Of a DNA stretch of 64,000 nt, positions 50,672 to 64,000 are shown in pieces. The notes beneath the pieces were generated by a model. The model saw only the letters and a list, made by a program, of their open reading frames with translations. It did no database searches and was not told where the DNA came from. Each line of letters begins with the position of its first letter. Within the stretch, counting starts at the first letter, position 1. A program made the position numbers and the translations under genes. The DNA comes from Lama guanicoe. Taxonomy: Eukaryota. The stretch covers positions 6,223,957 to 6,287,956 of the forward strand of contig MU053881.1 in assembly GCA_013239625.1 (NCBI GenBank). The letters run 5' to 3'.

Positions 50672-52363
50672 ACAAAAGTTTCATTTCAGATAGGTGCCAA
50701 AAAGGAGCTACGTGAGGAAATGGAAAACAGACTTCATTAAAAACTTAAATTACAGTATGTTCTATAAGTATTTTAGTCAGTATCAATTATGACAGATATT
50801 TATAATCATTGATGCTGAGGGGAAAGTTCTGATCCTGACTTTTGGTTAAGACTGCTCATGAGGTAAACATGAAGCATTAATTGCTGGGCAGCCTAGAGTT
50901 GCAGCTTGGTTTCAAGATCAACATCAATTAAAGTGCCAAAACAAGGCTTCCATACTCTGTCAAATAATGTTTTTACCTTGTGAGCTCCCATTTACGTTTA
51001 GAGAAACAAAATGGTCATGTGTAATGCCAGTTAATTCTTCACAGTTAAAAGAAGTATATGACTTCACATGTTAAAATCTACAATCTTTTTGTGTAATTTG
51101 TATCCTGATACAGAGACATATATGATTCCTCAATGACATGGACATTTCTTCTCTAACCTTTCTATGGGCACATAAATCTGATAAAGCAGGTTTTAACAGT
51201 AACTAAAAACATAAGTCACTATTCAAATTAATGTTAAACAATTTATTTAATGCGTAGTGTTCTCCCTAAAACATGCCCAGATCTTGTTCGTTATGTTTTG
51301 GCCATAACTCTGCCATTAGTAGTTGAAGACTGCCTTTAAGAAGTTTTTTTTTTGCAATTTAATTTATGAGGGAATTTTGATAAGAAGGGTTCGAAAGGAG
51401 CAACTAAGAAATAATGTGACTTAAAAAATAAAATAGCTTTAAGGTTATAGAGTTTTTCGTATTTGCTTTCATGGTTTCAGGTACAAAGGGGTGAAAACAT
51501 CGTCACACTTATATGACTTGTATAAATTATCACTTTCGGTTAGGATCAAAGAGGATTCACACAATACTGTTAAAACAACATTGATAGTAACCATTTATAG
51601 CTACTGACTATGTTCCAGACACTATGAAAAGTGCATTACTTATTTCAGTGGTTACGATAAGCCATGATACTGGATGTCTCCTTGCTTTGATGAGGAAACT
51701 CAAAAAAGTGAAAAGACTTGCCAAAGTTTATACAGCAAATGGAGAGCTAGGAGTTTAAACCCATGCTCTTTTTACTCTTACATGAAGAGGCATTTCTGTG
51801 GGGGATGTTTGTTTCTTTGTTTACTTATTTTGTTGTCTGTACTAAGCCTTGGCGAAGGTAAATTCAAATTTTACATCAAATGAAACATCCTAACCATTTA
51901 TTTCCCCCTTTTCATGTCCATGGATATTTTTATGATGATGAAAAACTACAGCATGATGAGCTAAGCCTCAAACAGATAAAGTGACCTTAGCCCTGCTAAC
52001 TGAGATACAGCAGAAATCCAAATCTCCTAGAAAATGCCAAATGGTAGGATTCATTGATCCCGAATTAAAGACGTTGGCACAATTATCCCTGCAACCCCAA
52101 TATAAACAATCATTTCAGGATGTGATTTTTAAGTTGTCAATATTTAATGGCCCCCCAAAAAGTGACCTCTCTGGGCTGGGTTTCCAAATGCTGTGCTCAG
52201 TTATCTGTGCTGCTGCCACTGTGCTGTAATTTTTAGCTGATTACACATTAGTTCATTTAGCTTTGTTTCCTCTTCCCTACTGTGCCATACTATTAAACGA
52301 AAGCCAGGGGCCTGGCATCCCTCTGTGCACAGAGCTGGTATTGTCACAGTGTAATAAGGATAC

Positions 52364-52452
52364 ATCCAGTCAAACAGCATGGTGTAGCTGGTCTTTGTGT
52401 TCAGTGCAAAGGCAATCCCTCGAAGATCTCTTGCCAGCCCGATCAACATACG
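52364..52452 (-). CDS. RANBP17: RANBP17 internal coding exon (89 nt; probably exon 20), ending at a U12 donor
   Basis: ccactgacag|CGTATG...GACTGGAT|gtatcctta; [29 protein letters not shown](M); phase 0 in, 2 out. Confidence 0.96.
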
Positions 52453-55400
52453 CTGTCAGTGGGAAAGAGACACTGTAATTGATTTTCACGTTAGCACAGA
52501 GCAGATGGAGTAATAATCAGGCAATAATGACCACATATCTGATTTTGATTCATTAGCTAAAATGTCTCGCTCAGACCGCTCTATAGAAAATCATAGACTT
52601 TTTAAGCAAACAGACCATCAAATCTGCTGACCAACTCTACTTTGCTTCTTAAAAATTGAGCTAAGTTATAATTCCAATAGCTTAGGAACATTTAGATTCT
52701 TAACATATTTTATTTCTGAATAATGCCCAGTTAGGAAAAAAAAAAGATGAGGATTGATAATTCCACAAGACAGAAATGTACAGGGTATAGACATTATTTA
52801 ATAACACCAAATCTTAGCCACATTAGCGTGCAAGAAATCAGTCCCATTATGCAATTTGAAGCTTAACCTGAAAGCACACTGGCATTTAAAGGTCCCTAAG
52901 GAATATCCTTAGTAACTTAGGACAAAATAAAACTGGTCAGGTCACCTATTTGTACCATGACAGACTCAGAATGCGCTCACATTCCCAAGCAAGGACAAGT
53001 TGTAAGGAAAAAGTCGTTCTATATTCAGTATCAGAAGACTTGAATTTAAACCCAGCTTTACTTCTTAACTGTAAGACTTATTAAGGCAAGACAATTTATG
53101 TCTCAGTTTTCTCATCTTTAAAAGGGGCTAACACTGCCTCTCTCACAGAGGCACTGTCAGGAAAAAATAGAATAAATTTATGTAAAAATGCCTAACAAGA
53201 GCTTGATACATATGTCCAAATGTTCCATAAATATTTAGCTTTAGAGAAAAACAAAACAAAACAAACTTGTAAATATAAGAGATCTGACTTGCATTCTGGA
53301 TTCTTAATTAAGCTGTCCTTAGGATGATACTTGGGAAGAAAAAAAGGAAAACCTATGAACAGATGCTACACTGTCACAACAAAGAGTACAAATAAACATA
53401 ATTGCAAAACAAGGGGGTGGGATAATTGAGACAGGCAACTGTGATTTCTGAAGATACTGTTTCAGTGGAAATATTCTGCCAGAAAATGGTCTCTGAATTT
53501 TTCTTTTTATCAGATTTCCTTTTTCCTCACACTCTTGGTAATAAATGAAAATCTCTTTAGGAAGGCATTTAAATTATCATTAAGGACTTGGAAGTGAATC
53601 CTGACCCTCATCTTAATGGCGAACAAACATTTCAAAGCAGGAAACAGTTTATCTGTCAGAGTAGCTGTAATTTTTTCTCTCTCCCCTCCCCACCCCTGCA
53701 AAACTCTAAACCTAAAATGTGACTCAATGTAACTAGAATATTCCCTTTCTATACTGCCTAACAGCTTATAGAATGATGGCAATTTGAATTTCTGAATTTG
53801 TAAACCCTGAATTTCTTCTTCTGCTTCTTTAAATAACTTACTCTTTTCCACTTCATAATCTCACCAGTCCTTGTTTCTCTCTGATCGGCCAGTCTCCCTC
53901 TAGTTCTCATGTGACTGCTATTTTTTCAAAATCATTTTGCCTTTTAAGTAACCTGTTTTCACCACCGGAACCTATTCCCCTCCTTCTCAGCTTTCCATGT
54001 TTCTTATAGCTTCCAGAACAAAATATATCTTCTCAGAAGTTTTTTTTTTAAATAATTCTATTTTAATTCACTTTGCAGTCTTTCTGTTAAAGTGCCTTTT
54101 TGTTCTATTTTTAATATGTACACTTATAGGTTACAGGCTACTCTTCAAATAATCTTAAGTTTTCACATATATATAAGGTACTCACCATTCAACTCTAAAT
54201 TAGTCAGTAGGAATCATGAGTTGTGTCTAGTAAAAAAGTCTCTTAGAATATTTTAGACTACCCCTATTACACAAAAAGGTAAATATTTATTTTACCAAAA
54301 ATTTTTCCTTTCAAAGGAGCCAAGTTAATAGAAGGGCTCTAACGGACTCAAATCTATGAAATGACATCAATGTTTAATTTTAGAAAATGTTACTACAAAG
54401 CAGAGGAAGCATATGACAATATCATAACTCAATATGCTTTCAACAGATTCAAATAAACAGCAAAGTGCAGTGTTAATGTAAGAAACAGATTCCTTATGCT
54501 CAAATAATTTTTTTATCTCAAAGCAGCAAGAAAACTGGAATAATCTACAGAGATACTCAAACAACCCTAAGGGAGTACTTTCTTGGTAGCCAAAACATAA
54601 CCAGTTCTGGGATGAGACAAGGAAAACTATTAACTAGGTGCTCAACCAGGATACCAAGCAATTTCACAGAGTGAGATTTTATATTAAATTTCTGATTGAA
54701 ATTTAGGGGAGGTGGAGCCATAATTTACCATCTCATTTAAAATAGTACAAAGAGGCTTATTTTGAAAGTTGCAGTTGGTCAACACTTGACTAATGTGAAA
54801 AGTGAGAGGCTCCTGTATTTTTAAAGAGGCTGTCTGGGGGGAGTGGGCCAGGACTGGGGTATCAGATCCTACAGATTCCTGTTTTGGATGGTTCCAGGAG
54901 AAGCTGCTTGGTGCTTCAGTCTTCTGCGTGGTGAACGGTTGTCTGTGTGCCAAGTGTGAGACGGATGGGCTGGGAAACAGCTGAAATGCGGCTCCTTCCA
55001 CCCTGACCCCCAAAACAGGGTTTCTAATGGAAAGTCTGACAGACCCTTTACTGTAGTGGCACTATTGGGGGCAGCTATAATATTATCCTCATAACTCTCC
55101 TATATAATAACAACAAAGAAAAAGAAGGTGAAGGGTCATTGTGCTTTGTCTTTAGAATTAAGATGGCTGTCTTCATCCTTACAGCATACTCTTAATTCTG
55201 GAGACACATCTTAATAACCTCTAAATAGTTCCAACAAAAGAGCCGTGTCAGAGGAATGAGCAGGCCCCAAGGTGTTTCAACTGGAGTGTTTTCATCTGCC
55301 TTTATTGCTCTATCCCTCTCCAGAATTAAGGCAATAACCTGTGATAAATTATTCAGGAACTGCTACAGGGATCAAAGCAAAATCATTCTGTTAAAGTGCT

Positions 55401-58169
55401 GTTTGCAACATTTGGCACTTAGTGCGAAAACTTTTAATGTGCGCATGCTGAAAATCTAGGATTTTAAATAATTTAACATTGTGGAGTTTTTACGAAGGGA
55501 CTAAAGATAGCAGGTTCCTATTTAACTGCTCCTCTTCCTCAGAGAAGTCTTCATTCATTTTCTTTAAAACCAATGACATCACAGCCAAATCAAAAATGAT
55601 GCACGGGGAGTCAGAGGACAGGACCATATTTTACTATAAATACAATCATAGGCAGAAAAACATACACTGTGAACTAACGCTTCAGAGCCAGGGTTTGTCG
55701 CGGCAATTTCTTTCTTTTCCCCTTTACTTTGAAAAGAAAAACCCAAGACAAAAATTCAATGTTCTCTTCAGTTTTATTAGGACTAAGTAAGAAAACAAAG
55801 CTATAAATTTAAGAGTTTTGCAGCATTTCCCCGCCTCAAAACCATATTTCAATTTGGCAATGTAGGTCCTTAATGTTTATGTTCATCCTGAAATCCGCAT
55901 TTGAAAAATATCTATAAATAGGGAGTTAGAAAATCCTGGTAAGGATTGCAAATTAAATGAATTTGGCAGTCCTGCAGCATTTTCATAGAGATATTTTAAC
56001 AGCATCACCTCCCGTGGATTGGAATACTAAATACTTTATTGAAGAACAAAACAGAACTGTTTTTATCTCTAGTACTTGCAAAATGAAGTACCTGAAAGCA
56101 CTTTTTGCATGTATTATTTATTTATCATGATAGAAAAATAGCCTTAACCTAATAAATTACATTTAAAAGCATTTAGTGCAAAAGTTTTGTTTATGATAAA
56201 GCAACAGATTTAGTTCTTTATCGGTAGCTTAAAGCACCAAGTTTTCTCTATACAAATTAGACAGATGGTGCTTACAGTAGAATTTACTAAAGGTCTGTCA
56301 CAACAAATGCAGCCAAGCTGCATATTTAATCACTGCAGAATCTTGTCTACCTGCAGCTGCCAACTGCTAATCCAATTTCCCTGATAAATGTGGCAAGAGA
56401 CACGATCAGCAATAAAGAGCATCTAACTCCATTTTCCTGCAGGGCGTCTTTTGATGAACATTTAGGACGGAAGCACGGAGTGCACTGTGTGGCCTTGGTT
56501 CGTGGCAGCTGCATGCATTCTGAGGCACAGTTCTCAGGTTACTCACTTAATTCTGCCACTATCATTACGTTGCTATTGATCTCAGTAGCTGTTGCCTACA
56601 CAGCATTACTCTAGATGAAGCTGAATCAGGCAGTTATCATGCATCAAACTTGCTCAAAAGCCTGGAGATTTCCCCTTAATTACTTGTGATTTTATTTGCA
56701 AATACCGTTAAAGTGTAATCAAGCAGTCACTTTCCAGGGTCGTTAAGAACTTGCTGGTTTAGGGATATATCACTGGAACTCCATTAAATATGACTCTAGG
56801 AAGATGGTTTCTATCAAACTAGATGGGATTACATCAAAACGGGCTTGGAGTATAATGAAATCTTCAAATGAGTCAATGTAATTTTTATAAAGATGGTGTT
56901 TTTCAACCTCATTGCTTCTTTTTGATACAAGGAGCAGCAATAGCCACCTTAAAGTTACAAAGATTTTGCTGGGTCATTAAAAATATTTGGAAGACAACTC
57001 AAATATAGCTAACCTGAGTAGAAACTCTAGTGAAGACTTTCGGCAAGACTATAAACACACAGAAAGTCTTTAAGATCTCTTTTTGGTTTTAAAATTCTAT
57101 GACTACTGTATGTTGACAAACACTCATTTCAAAATCTATTTCAAATGAAAAGGTATAGTATTTGGTTAATTACTTCTTGGTAGAAGAATTACTCTAAGTA
57201 ATCACCAAAGGCCATCATTCTTCTATTTGACTTCTGACTGTTAGTTTTTTTTTTTTTTTTTTGTAGAGAGAAGAGGAGCCATACAAAATGATGGTCAGTA
57301 TTTTTAAGATATTTCAAATAACAATAAAACATGACTCAAGTCCCAACAACGGTGCCTACATTCTCTGGATATATTTATTAGTCTTTTAAGAATAATAGTC
57401 AGTGTCAATCTATTTAATATAGTCCTGATACGTTAGAATTTCAGAAGATGCTTTTCCTATTGAGCAGATCTTGTGTTCCCATCCCCCATATTAAAATATG
57501 GGGCTGTTCTGTCACAAACAGCTTGCTTCACTTAAGGATTTTACTAATAAAACATAATGTTGTCTTAGATATTATGACTGTTGCCACAGCTGAACTGACT
57601 TGTCACATCAATCCTAATATGGCTCCCACAGGCACATAAAAACCTTATTTAGCTATCAGTTATCCTAATCACTTTGTTCAGTTTAAGAATGCAATACTTC
57701 AAGACCGTCTCCTATTTATACACATATGCCTAGCCATTTAATAAAGTCTTGATTTATATAAATTCTTGTTTAAAAAAATATTTAGAGATGTAGTATTTTA
57801 GCATGTGTATGTTTGCGCATTCCTCCATATGAATATGTGGAAACACAATGTGCGGTAGATGAGGGGACAGGGATGTTTAAGGTGGTGCACCCATGAGAAA
57901 TGTTCTTTTAAAAGATACTAACTGCCACGAGAGACAAACGTGTCATCTAATCATAAGCTGATTCTCTGAAATCATTTGATGACCTCAAAGTCCACTTGTG
58001 TAAGAAACTAGAAAAGTGCTTACAGGAAAAGTACAACTCAAAAACATATGCAACTGGGAAGCTAAGACTGATGAGGCACAGAGCACACAAATATGCAGAA
58101 CCATCTTCCTGCATCTAGTTACCCTAGTATGAGCAAAATCGTCTTTTTCATGTTTGGAAACAAACCCAC

Positions 58170-58273
58170 CTTTACATCCTCTTGCTTAAAGTTGTTGTTG
58201 AATATCTGTAATACTGTTTCAAAAGAGACTGTGAGAGGCAGCATGAAATTCTCAAATTCGTCCTCATCTTCAC
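58170..58273 (-). CDS. RANBP17: RANBP17 internal coding exon (104 nt; probably exon 19)
   Basis: ttttctgatag|GTGAAGAT...GATGTAAAG|gtgggt; translates (G)EDEDEFENFMLPLTVSFETVLQIFNNNFKQEDVK; phase 1 in, phase 0 out. Confidence 0.96.
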
Positions 58274-59183
58274 CTATCAGAAAAACAAAAGGGTCACCAC
58301 GGTTTAAAAGGCACGCTATTGTCCATTAGCCTCCAGAATGAGTGCTTCATTCAGGCTTCAAAATGTTCCTGAGAAGGGGTCAGCCTGCATTTACATCCAT
58401 ACCACATTTTGTGTTTTGGCTCATTGAATATTCTGGTGTTCTGCCTTCTCTTTTGCACCAAATAAAATAGCAAAATTACTTACCAGCCATTTTTTTTTTC
58501 CTGGTTCTTTATTGGATCAAACCAATTCATGCCCCAGGCATCTCAGCCCTTCAGCTCTTAGGGCCCCCAGAGCTTCCCTGATGCCTCAAGGAAATTCACT
58601 TTAAAAGCCTCAGAGAACAGGATCTTACCCCGCTCTCTTTAGGTGCCAACGCCCTAAAGGGCTCACAGACTCAGGTGCCCAGATAGCTCTAAGTTATTAT
58701 TCTCTTTTATTTATTTTCTTAAAAAATTAACTTGTTAATAATGTCAGGGAAACTTTTATCTGCCAAATTGGATGGGGTCCCTCATGGATCATTTGGATTT
58801 TAAGTACATTCTTCATAAGTATACTTCCTCTTACAATAAGCTTCCTTTTCTTCAAAGGAAAGAGGGAAAAGAAACATTTTCTATTGATTTTTTCACTTTG
58901 AAGGTAGAGTCTTCACTTAACACATGGATATGCACAATTGACAATTTATATAGTATCCTTTTCAAAAGAGGTTGCCTTCAAATGAGAAAGTTCTCTCATT
59001 CATCCTATGTCACAGGGAACTGTAAGCCCCACGTCACTGAAGAGGAAACAGGCAGGGAAAGGTTAAGCAACTTGCTTAAGTTGGCATACTTAGTTGGAGG
59101 TGTAACTATATTGTCCAGACCTCTTGATTTCTATCAGTTTTTAAATAGAGCATTAGGGAGGAAACAAGATCTTAGAGAAGAGA

Positions 59184-59363
59184 CCGGTGGTTCTCAAATG
59201 GGTCTCAAAGTTCAGTCCTTGACTTAGCAGCATCAGCATCATCTGGGAAGCTGTTAGATATAAAATCCCAGGTTCCATTCCAGATCTTCTGGGACCTAGA
59301 AATTTTTGTTTTAAGAAACCCTCTAGGTAATTCAGATGCATGCAAATGTCTGAGACACACCTG
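59184..59363. mobile_element. MER5A-like DNA transposon relic
   Basis: CCGGTGGTTCTCAAA..CAGCATCAGCATCATCTGGGAA..CCCTCTAGGTAATTCAGATGCA..TCTGAGA. Confidence 0.8.
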
Positions 59364-61479
59364 CCTATACATTATTCTACAGATAAGGAGACTGAGGTCC
59401 AAGGCCACATACATAGAAGATCTGTGGCAGAATTGGGATCTTTTGACTCTTAAATTGTGGCTGATCTGGCTGACCCTGATCTTTTGTGAATTCTCTTTTC
59501 CCTCTTACCTTATATAATTTGTTTCTGAAGTCCAACAGAATCAGGGACTTAGCTTTGTTCACAAAGAGATGTCAAAAAGCCACGAGTCTCTCCTAGTATG
59601 CTGTTCTAGACAAGGATCAGGGTGCTAGGTGAAGGGTAAGGCAAACCAAATGATAATCTCTGCTCTGTCAACTGGCTAAGTGACCAAGTTGTTCCCCCAG
59701 AAACACCTTCTGTCATCTGGTGATAACATTAGAGACCTTTACAAAAGCCATTCTTATTTTTCAAAGCAGAGGTCAAACGATAGCTTTCCCAATGTCTGAG
59801 CTAAGCTCCCCTTCAAGTACTCTCTAAGGTCCCACTGAAAGTACCCCGCTTCTTCCTTTGGGTTCCTATAGCATTTTGCCTGATTCTTTACCATAGATAG
59901 ATCGATCAGTTTGCCACAAATTGCAGATATTTAGGCAGTTAGCTAATAACACTAATAACACCACTCACATCATTCCACCACTACCCACCATTTGATGAAG
60001 GTTACTGTGGGGATTAAATGAGATAACATCTATAACATGCATATGTAAATTATTAGATCTATCAGCCTATATGGATAGTATCTTGGTTTTGCTTCTGGAG
60101 AGCCGAGACTGCATCTTTGTGTTTCTCTGTGAAGGAGAAAGACGTAGGCAAGATTCTCCAATAAACAGACCTAGTGTCTGGCTCCACCACATACTGTTCA
60201 ATTTTAGATATTTAGCTAATCATAATTTAGCTAATATTTGAGTCTCAGTTTTCTCATCTATAAAATAAGGATAAAAATACCTACTTTGAGTGTCGTATAT
60301 ATTAAATGTTATTACACAGCAAAAATAGTGTGTGCTTAATAAATAGTAGTGGTAGTACTAGGATTATAGCATTAGCACCTAGAACAGTGCCTGGCACATA
60401 TTAGGGAAATAGTGTATTTGAATGAAAAATAGTTGCTCAATTAAAGGTAAATTTTAAAAATACCTTATTCTCTTAACATTTGGTATAGAAAAATGACTAA
60501 ATCCTTAAATATATAAACATATACGCACATTATATTTAAACTATGTAACCTTACTCTAAGGTAAAGTATTTTCTGCCATCTATCAAAATTCATCAAATTG
60601 TGTATCTGAAATATGTGCAGTTTGCTGTACAGGAACCATACCACAATAAAGGTGTTAAAAAAGATAAAGTTTTTCTAAATATGGAATTAATGAGAATGGT
60701 GATAATGATCACTGCAGGCAGATAAGCGTGCTGGAAAGAGTAGATGCTTTCAGAGCTCTGTGCTTGAATCCTGGCTCTACCCCTGTTAGCTGTCTCATTT
60801 TGGATAAAGTCTCTTCACTCATCTGTAATTAAGAGACATAATATGTACTTCATAGTTAGCTGTGAAGACTGAATGACAAAACACCTGTAAGTCCCCTTGC
60901 TCAGTGTCTGGCACTTAATAAGCGACAGTCATTAACATTTTTGTTGTTTTGAGTTTAACGTAGACTTAAAAGGGGTGATTACGGTGATCAAATTAAGCGT
61001 GACCTCAAGGTTGCTACCCCAATGCCCTTCCTTTGGGAAGAAGGTAAGGATGGCTACTCAGAACAAAGACAAACTCAGGACTTGAACATTTAAACCCTTC
61101 AGTTAGTATAGTGAGCTACAAATCAAAAAACTTCCTGACTCCCATCTCTTTGCTCAAATTTTGAGGCAAATAGGGGTATCAGGAGCACAAGAGACAAGCC
61201 ACCAAAATCTGCAGGGAGAAGTTAAGGAGCAAATACTAAAGAAAGTAATGTGAGCAGCAATACAAATTAAGTGTCACTTCCTCAGAAAGGCCTTCCCTGA
61301 CCACTCTATCTAAAACAGTACCACAGAGTGTCTTCCCCAGCCCTTACCCACTTTCTAATCCCATAAACCACTTCACTTTTCTTATGGGGCTTCCTATGAC
61401 TGGCTATTAATTTACATATTTATTCATTGTCTTCCTTACTAGAATGTAAGCTCCTTGGGGAAGCAACTTGGTCTGGTTT

Positions 61480-61630
61480 TTTAAAATTAATTAATTAATG
61501 CTTGTTTTTTGGGGGGAGATAATTGCATTTATTTATTTACTTATGTATTTAATGGAGGTACTGGGGAGTGAACCCAGGACCTTGTGCACGCTAAGCACAC
61601 ACTCTACCACTCAGCTATACCATACTCTCC
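61480..61630 (-). mobile_element. tRNA-derived SINE, camelid Vic-1-like, inserted into an L2
   Basis: Reverse complement GGTATAGCTGAGTGGTAGAGTGTGTGCTTAGCGTGCACAAGGTCCTGGGTTCACTCCCCAGTACCTCCATTAAA..; degenerate TSD AACTTG(G/C)TCTG at about 61465 and 61635. Confidence 0.85.
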
Positions 61631-62861
61631 TCCAAACTTGCTCTGTCTTGATCATGGCTGTATCCTCAGTGCCCAGAGGGTCAGGCGCTCAAGAAATATT
61701 TGTGTAGTGACTGAATAACAGCAGTTATATTTCCCAAGTGCCTATTATGTGTAGGCATTGAATCTGGTACTTAATTTACTAAATAACCACCTATGTTCTT
61801 ACTGTGTTCAAAGCACTGTTGCAAGTCATTAATGGTCACAACAATCCTATGAAGTGGTATGATTTTCTCTGTTAACAGAGAGGCTGAAAGAGTTACACCG
61901 TTTGTTCAATATCCTCTGGCTGGTAAATGCCAGTGAACCAGGGTCCCCAGGAAGGTATGTTTCACTCCCAACCTCACTGTCTTCCCCCATGTCTCTGATG
62001 GGGTGGAAGGTGTCAGAGGTGGGAACTTAAGTCAGGGTCAGAGAATCTTCATTTTGCAGGTGCATGAAGTTAGAAGAGGGTGAAGAACAGTTAGCTTGGT
62101 TCTGAGGAGAAAAGAATTCCTCAGCAAATCACGAGGGTTTAATGCAGGCAAATGAGGGACAAGGGTGCATTATTCCTACAGAAATGTTTGTTTCAGTTAG
62201 CACTGTTCCTCTTACTCAATGTGATAAGTTGTTATCTTCTAAGCTAGAAATCTGGTCGTTTTTGTTTATGTCATGCCAACAACTTTATACAACACCTATT
62301 AATGAATTTTGTCCTAATTTGCATTACTCACAGAGGTATCATTTACTGTTTCTGATATGGAAAGAGAAAACATGAGGTCACTCTGTTACAACTTCATATT
62401 CAAGTATGCAGTCATATATTTAATACACCAAACGTATGTGTGATCATTTTATGAATAATAATTGAAGCTGCCAGTTTTTTTCTAAAGAGGTAAGGGCCCA
62501 CACACCAGTATAATTTGAAGATGAAGTGTCCATTTATAGGCTAATATTTTCACTGGCAGCAGGAAAAGTAAATATTAACATAACATCATAAGGTTTCAGT
62601 CACGCATAGATAAAAATAATAATTCTTCAGCTTTTAGGGAAAACCCAAAGCTAAATCCCCTCTACTGGATTTTCAAGGATCTGATTTAACAGAAAGTTAC
62701 TCATTTTATGACTTTCAATTTTTTTCCTCAGGTAACTCACATTAAAATACAAATAAATAGTATTTACAAATACATGAATAAGTATATAATTAATATGTTG
62801 GCTTTCAGATATTTTATTTGGAGGACACTTCATTTTTTATTTTGTATAATTTGAAACCTAG

Positions 62862-63490
62862 GATGGTGGGAATGTATAATGGTGCAGCCAATATAATATG
62901 ATGCAGCCACTGTGAAAAACAGTTAGGCAGTTACTCAAAAAGTTAAACACAGAGCTGCTATATGATCCAGCAATTTTATTCCTAGGCATATACTCAAAGA
63001 GAACTGAACACATATGTCCATACAAAAACTTAACACACGAATGTTCAGAGCAGCATTTAGATAACAGCAAAAAGGTGGAAACAACTCAGCTATTCGTCAA
63101 CTAATGAATGGATAAACAAAATGTGGTATATCCAAACAATGGAATATTAGTCAGCCACAAAAAGAAAGTATTGATACATGCTAAAAAATGGATGAGCCTC
63201 AAAAGCATGCTATATGAAAGAAGCCAGACACAAAGGTTGTATTATATGATTCCATTCATACTAAATGTCTAGCATGGACAAATCCATAGAGACAGAAAGT
63301 AGATTAAAGGCTGCCAGGGGCTGGGGGTAGGGGTAATGAGGAGCGACTAAGGTACAGGATTTCTTTCTAGGGTTGGAATATATTCTAGAATCAGATAAAG
63401 GTGATGATTGTACACCTTGTGAATATTCTAAATACCACTTAATTATACACTGTAACAGGATGAATTTTATGATATGTGAATCTCAAAAAC
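62862..63490 (+). mobile_element. L1MB-like 3' fragment
   Basis: GCAGCCACTGTGAAAAACAG, TATGATCCAGCAATT..TCCTAGG, ATGAATGGATAAACAAAATGTGGTATATCC, AAATCCATAGAGACAGAAAGTAGATT. Confidence 0.88.
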
Positions 63491-63738
63491 AACCCCCAAA
63501 ACCCAACAACAAAAATCTGGGTTTGCTTCCCACCCTTCCCCCCTTTAAATGTACTCAGAATAGTGAGTTTGTAATATTTACCATTAAATTTGTGGTAATA
63601 TGTTAAAATAGTACTAGGAAATTAATATAGTTGGTAACATCAAGTCTAATGCTACGGAGCTGTGTTCCAAACTAGGGAGAATTAAGAGTAGAGACAAACA
63701 CAAACAAAGAGATATAGAAGCAGTGAGTGAAGAAAGTA

Positions 63739-64000
63739 CAGCTGGTCCTCCATATCCACAAACTCCACATCCATGGATTCAACCTACCAGAGATCACAAA
63801 TATTCAGGAAAAAAATTCCAGAAAGTTCCAAAAAGCAAAACTTGAATCTGCCACAGGTGGCAATTGTTTGCACTGTATTAGGTATTACAAGCAATCTAGA
63901 GATGATTTAAAGTATATGGGAGGACGTGCGCAGGTTATTTGCAAACACTATGCCATTTTATATAAGGAACTTGAGCAAATGCAGATTTTGGTATCAGGGG
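63739..64000. mobile_element. TcMar-Tigger relic (Tigger3/MER7-like), running off the window end
   Basis: TA|CAGCTGGTCCTCCATATCCAC..CATCCATGGATTCAACC..AAAGTTCCAAAAAGCAAAACTTGAA..AATCTAGAGATGATTTAAAGTATA..CTATGCCATTTTATATAAGG. Confidence 0.88.

Larger units (their letters stand above)
44992..52363 (-). other. U12-type (minor spliceosome) GT-AG intron of RANBP17, 7372 nt
   Basis: Donor GTATCCTTA (52355..52363); branch-site-like TTCTTTAAC (45007..45015) about 17 nt from the 3' AG; no strong polypyrimidine tract between branch site and AG. Confidence 0.92.

Noticed and set aside
17966..58273. XPO7 rather than RANBP17
   Set aside because: Peptides [34 protein letters not shown] and HIAKEGKKPLRCREATQAGQRLL match RANBP17 as I recall it; XPO7 differs at these positions.
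58772..59227. 151-aa plus-strand ORF
   Set aside because: Crosses MIR- and MER5A-derived sequence; no recognisable homology.

Overview
Mammalian genomic DNA, most likely a camelid: it carries two Vic-1-like tRNA-derived SINEs and I saw no Alu, Bov-A, PRE-1 or Can-SINE. The whole window lies inside RANBP17 (exportin-7 paralogue, importin-beta family) on the minus strand. Seven internal coding exons (58273 down to 17966; 905 nt) splice in one open frame with matching phases. They are probably human exons 19-25 (numbering from memory); the gene's 5' and 3' ends lie outside the window. The intron at 44992..52363 is a minor-spliceosome (U12, GT-AG) intron. A perfect U12 donor motif also sits 4 nt inside the U2 donor at 42590, two introns further on. 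The rest is intronic: old L1, L2, MIR, MER and MLT repeats, two ancient CR1/L3 fossils, young L1 and SINE insertions with TSDs, and a compound GT minisatellite. There are also CTCF-like motifs and several repeat-free, homeobox/E-box-rich blocks that may be enhancers of neighbouring TLX3. I found no prokaryotic-type system, CRISPR array or new protein-coding gene. The best candidates for undescribed biology are splicing-level (U2/U12 overlap, U12 retention or intronic polyadenylation) and regulatory. Repeat boundaries and subfamily names are by eye and approximate.
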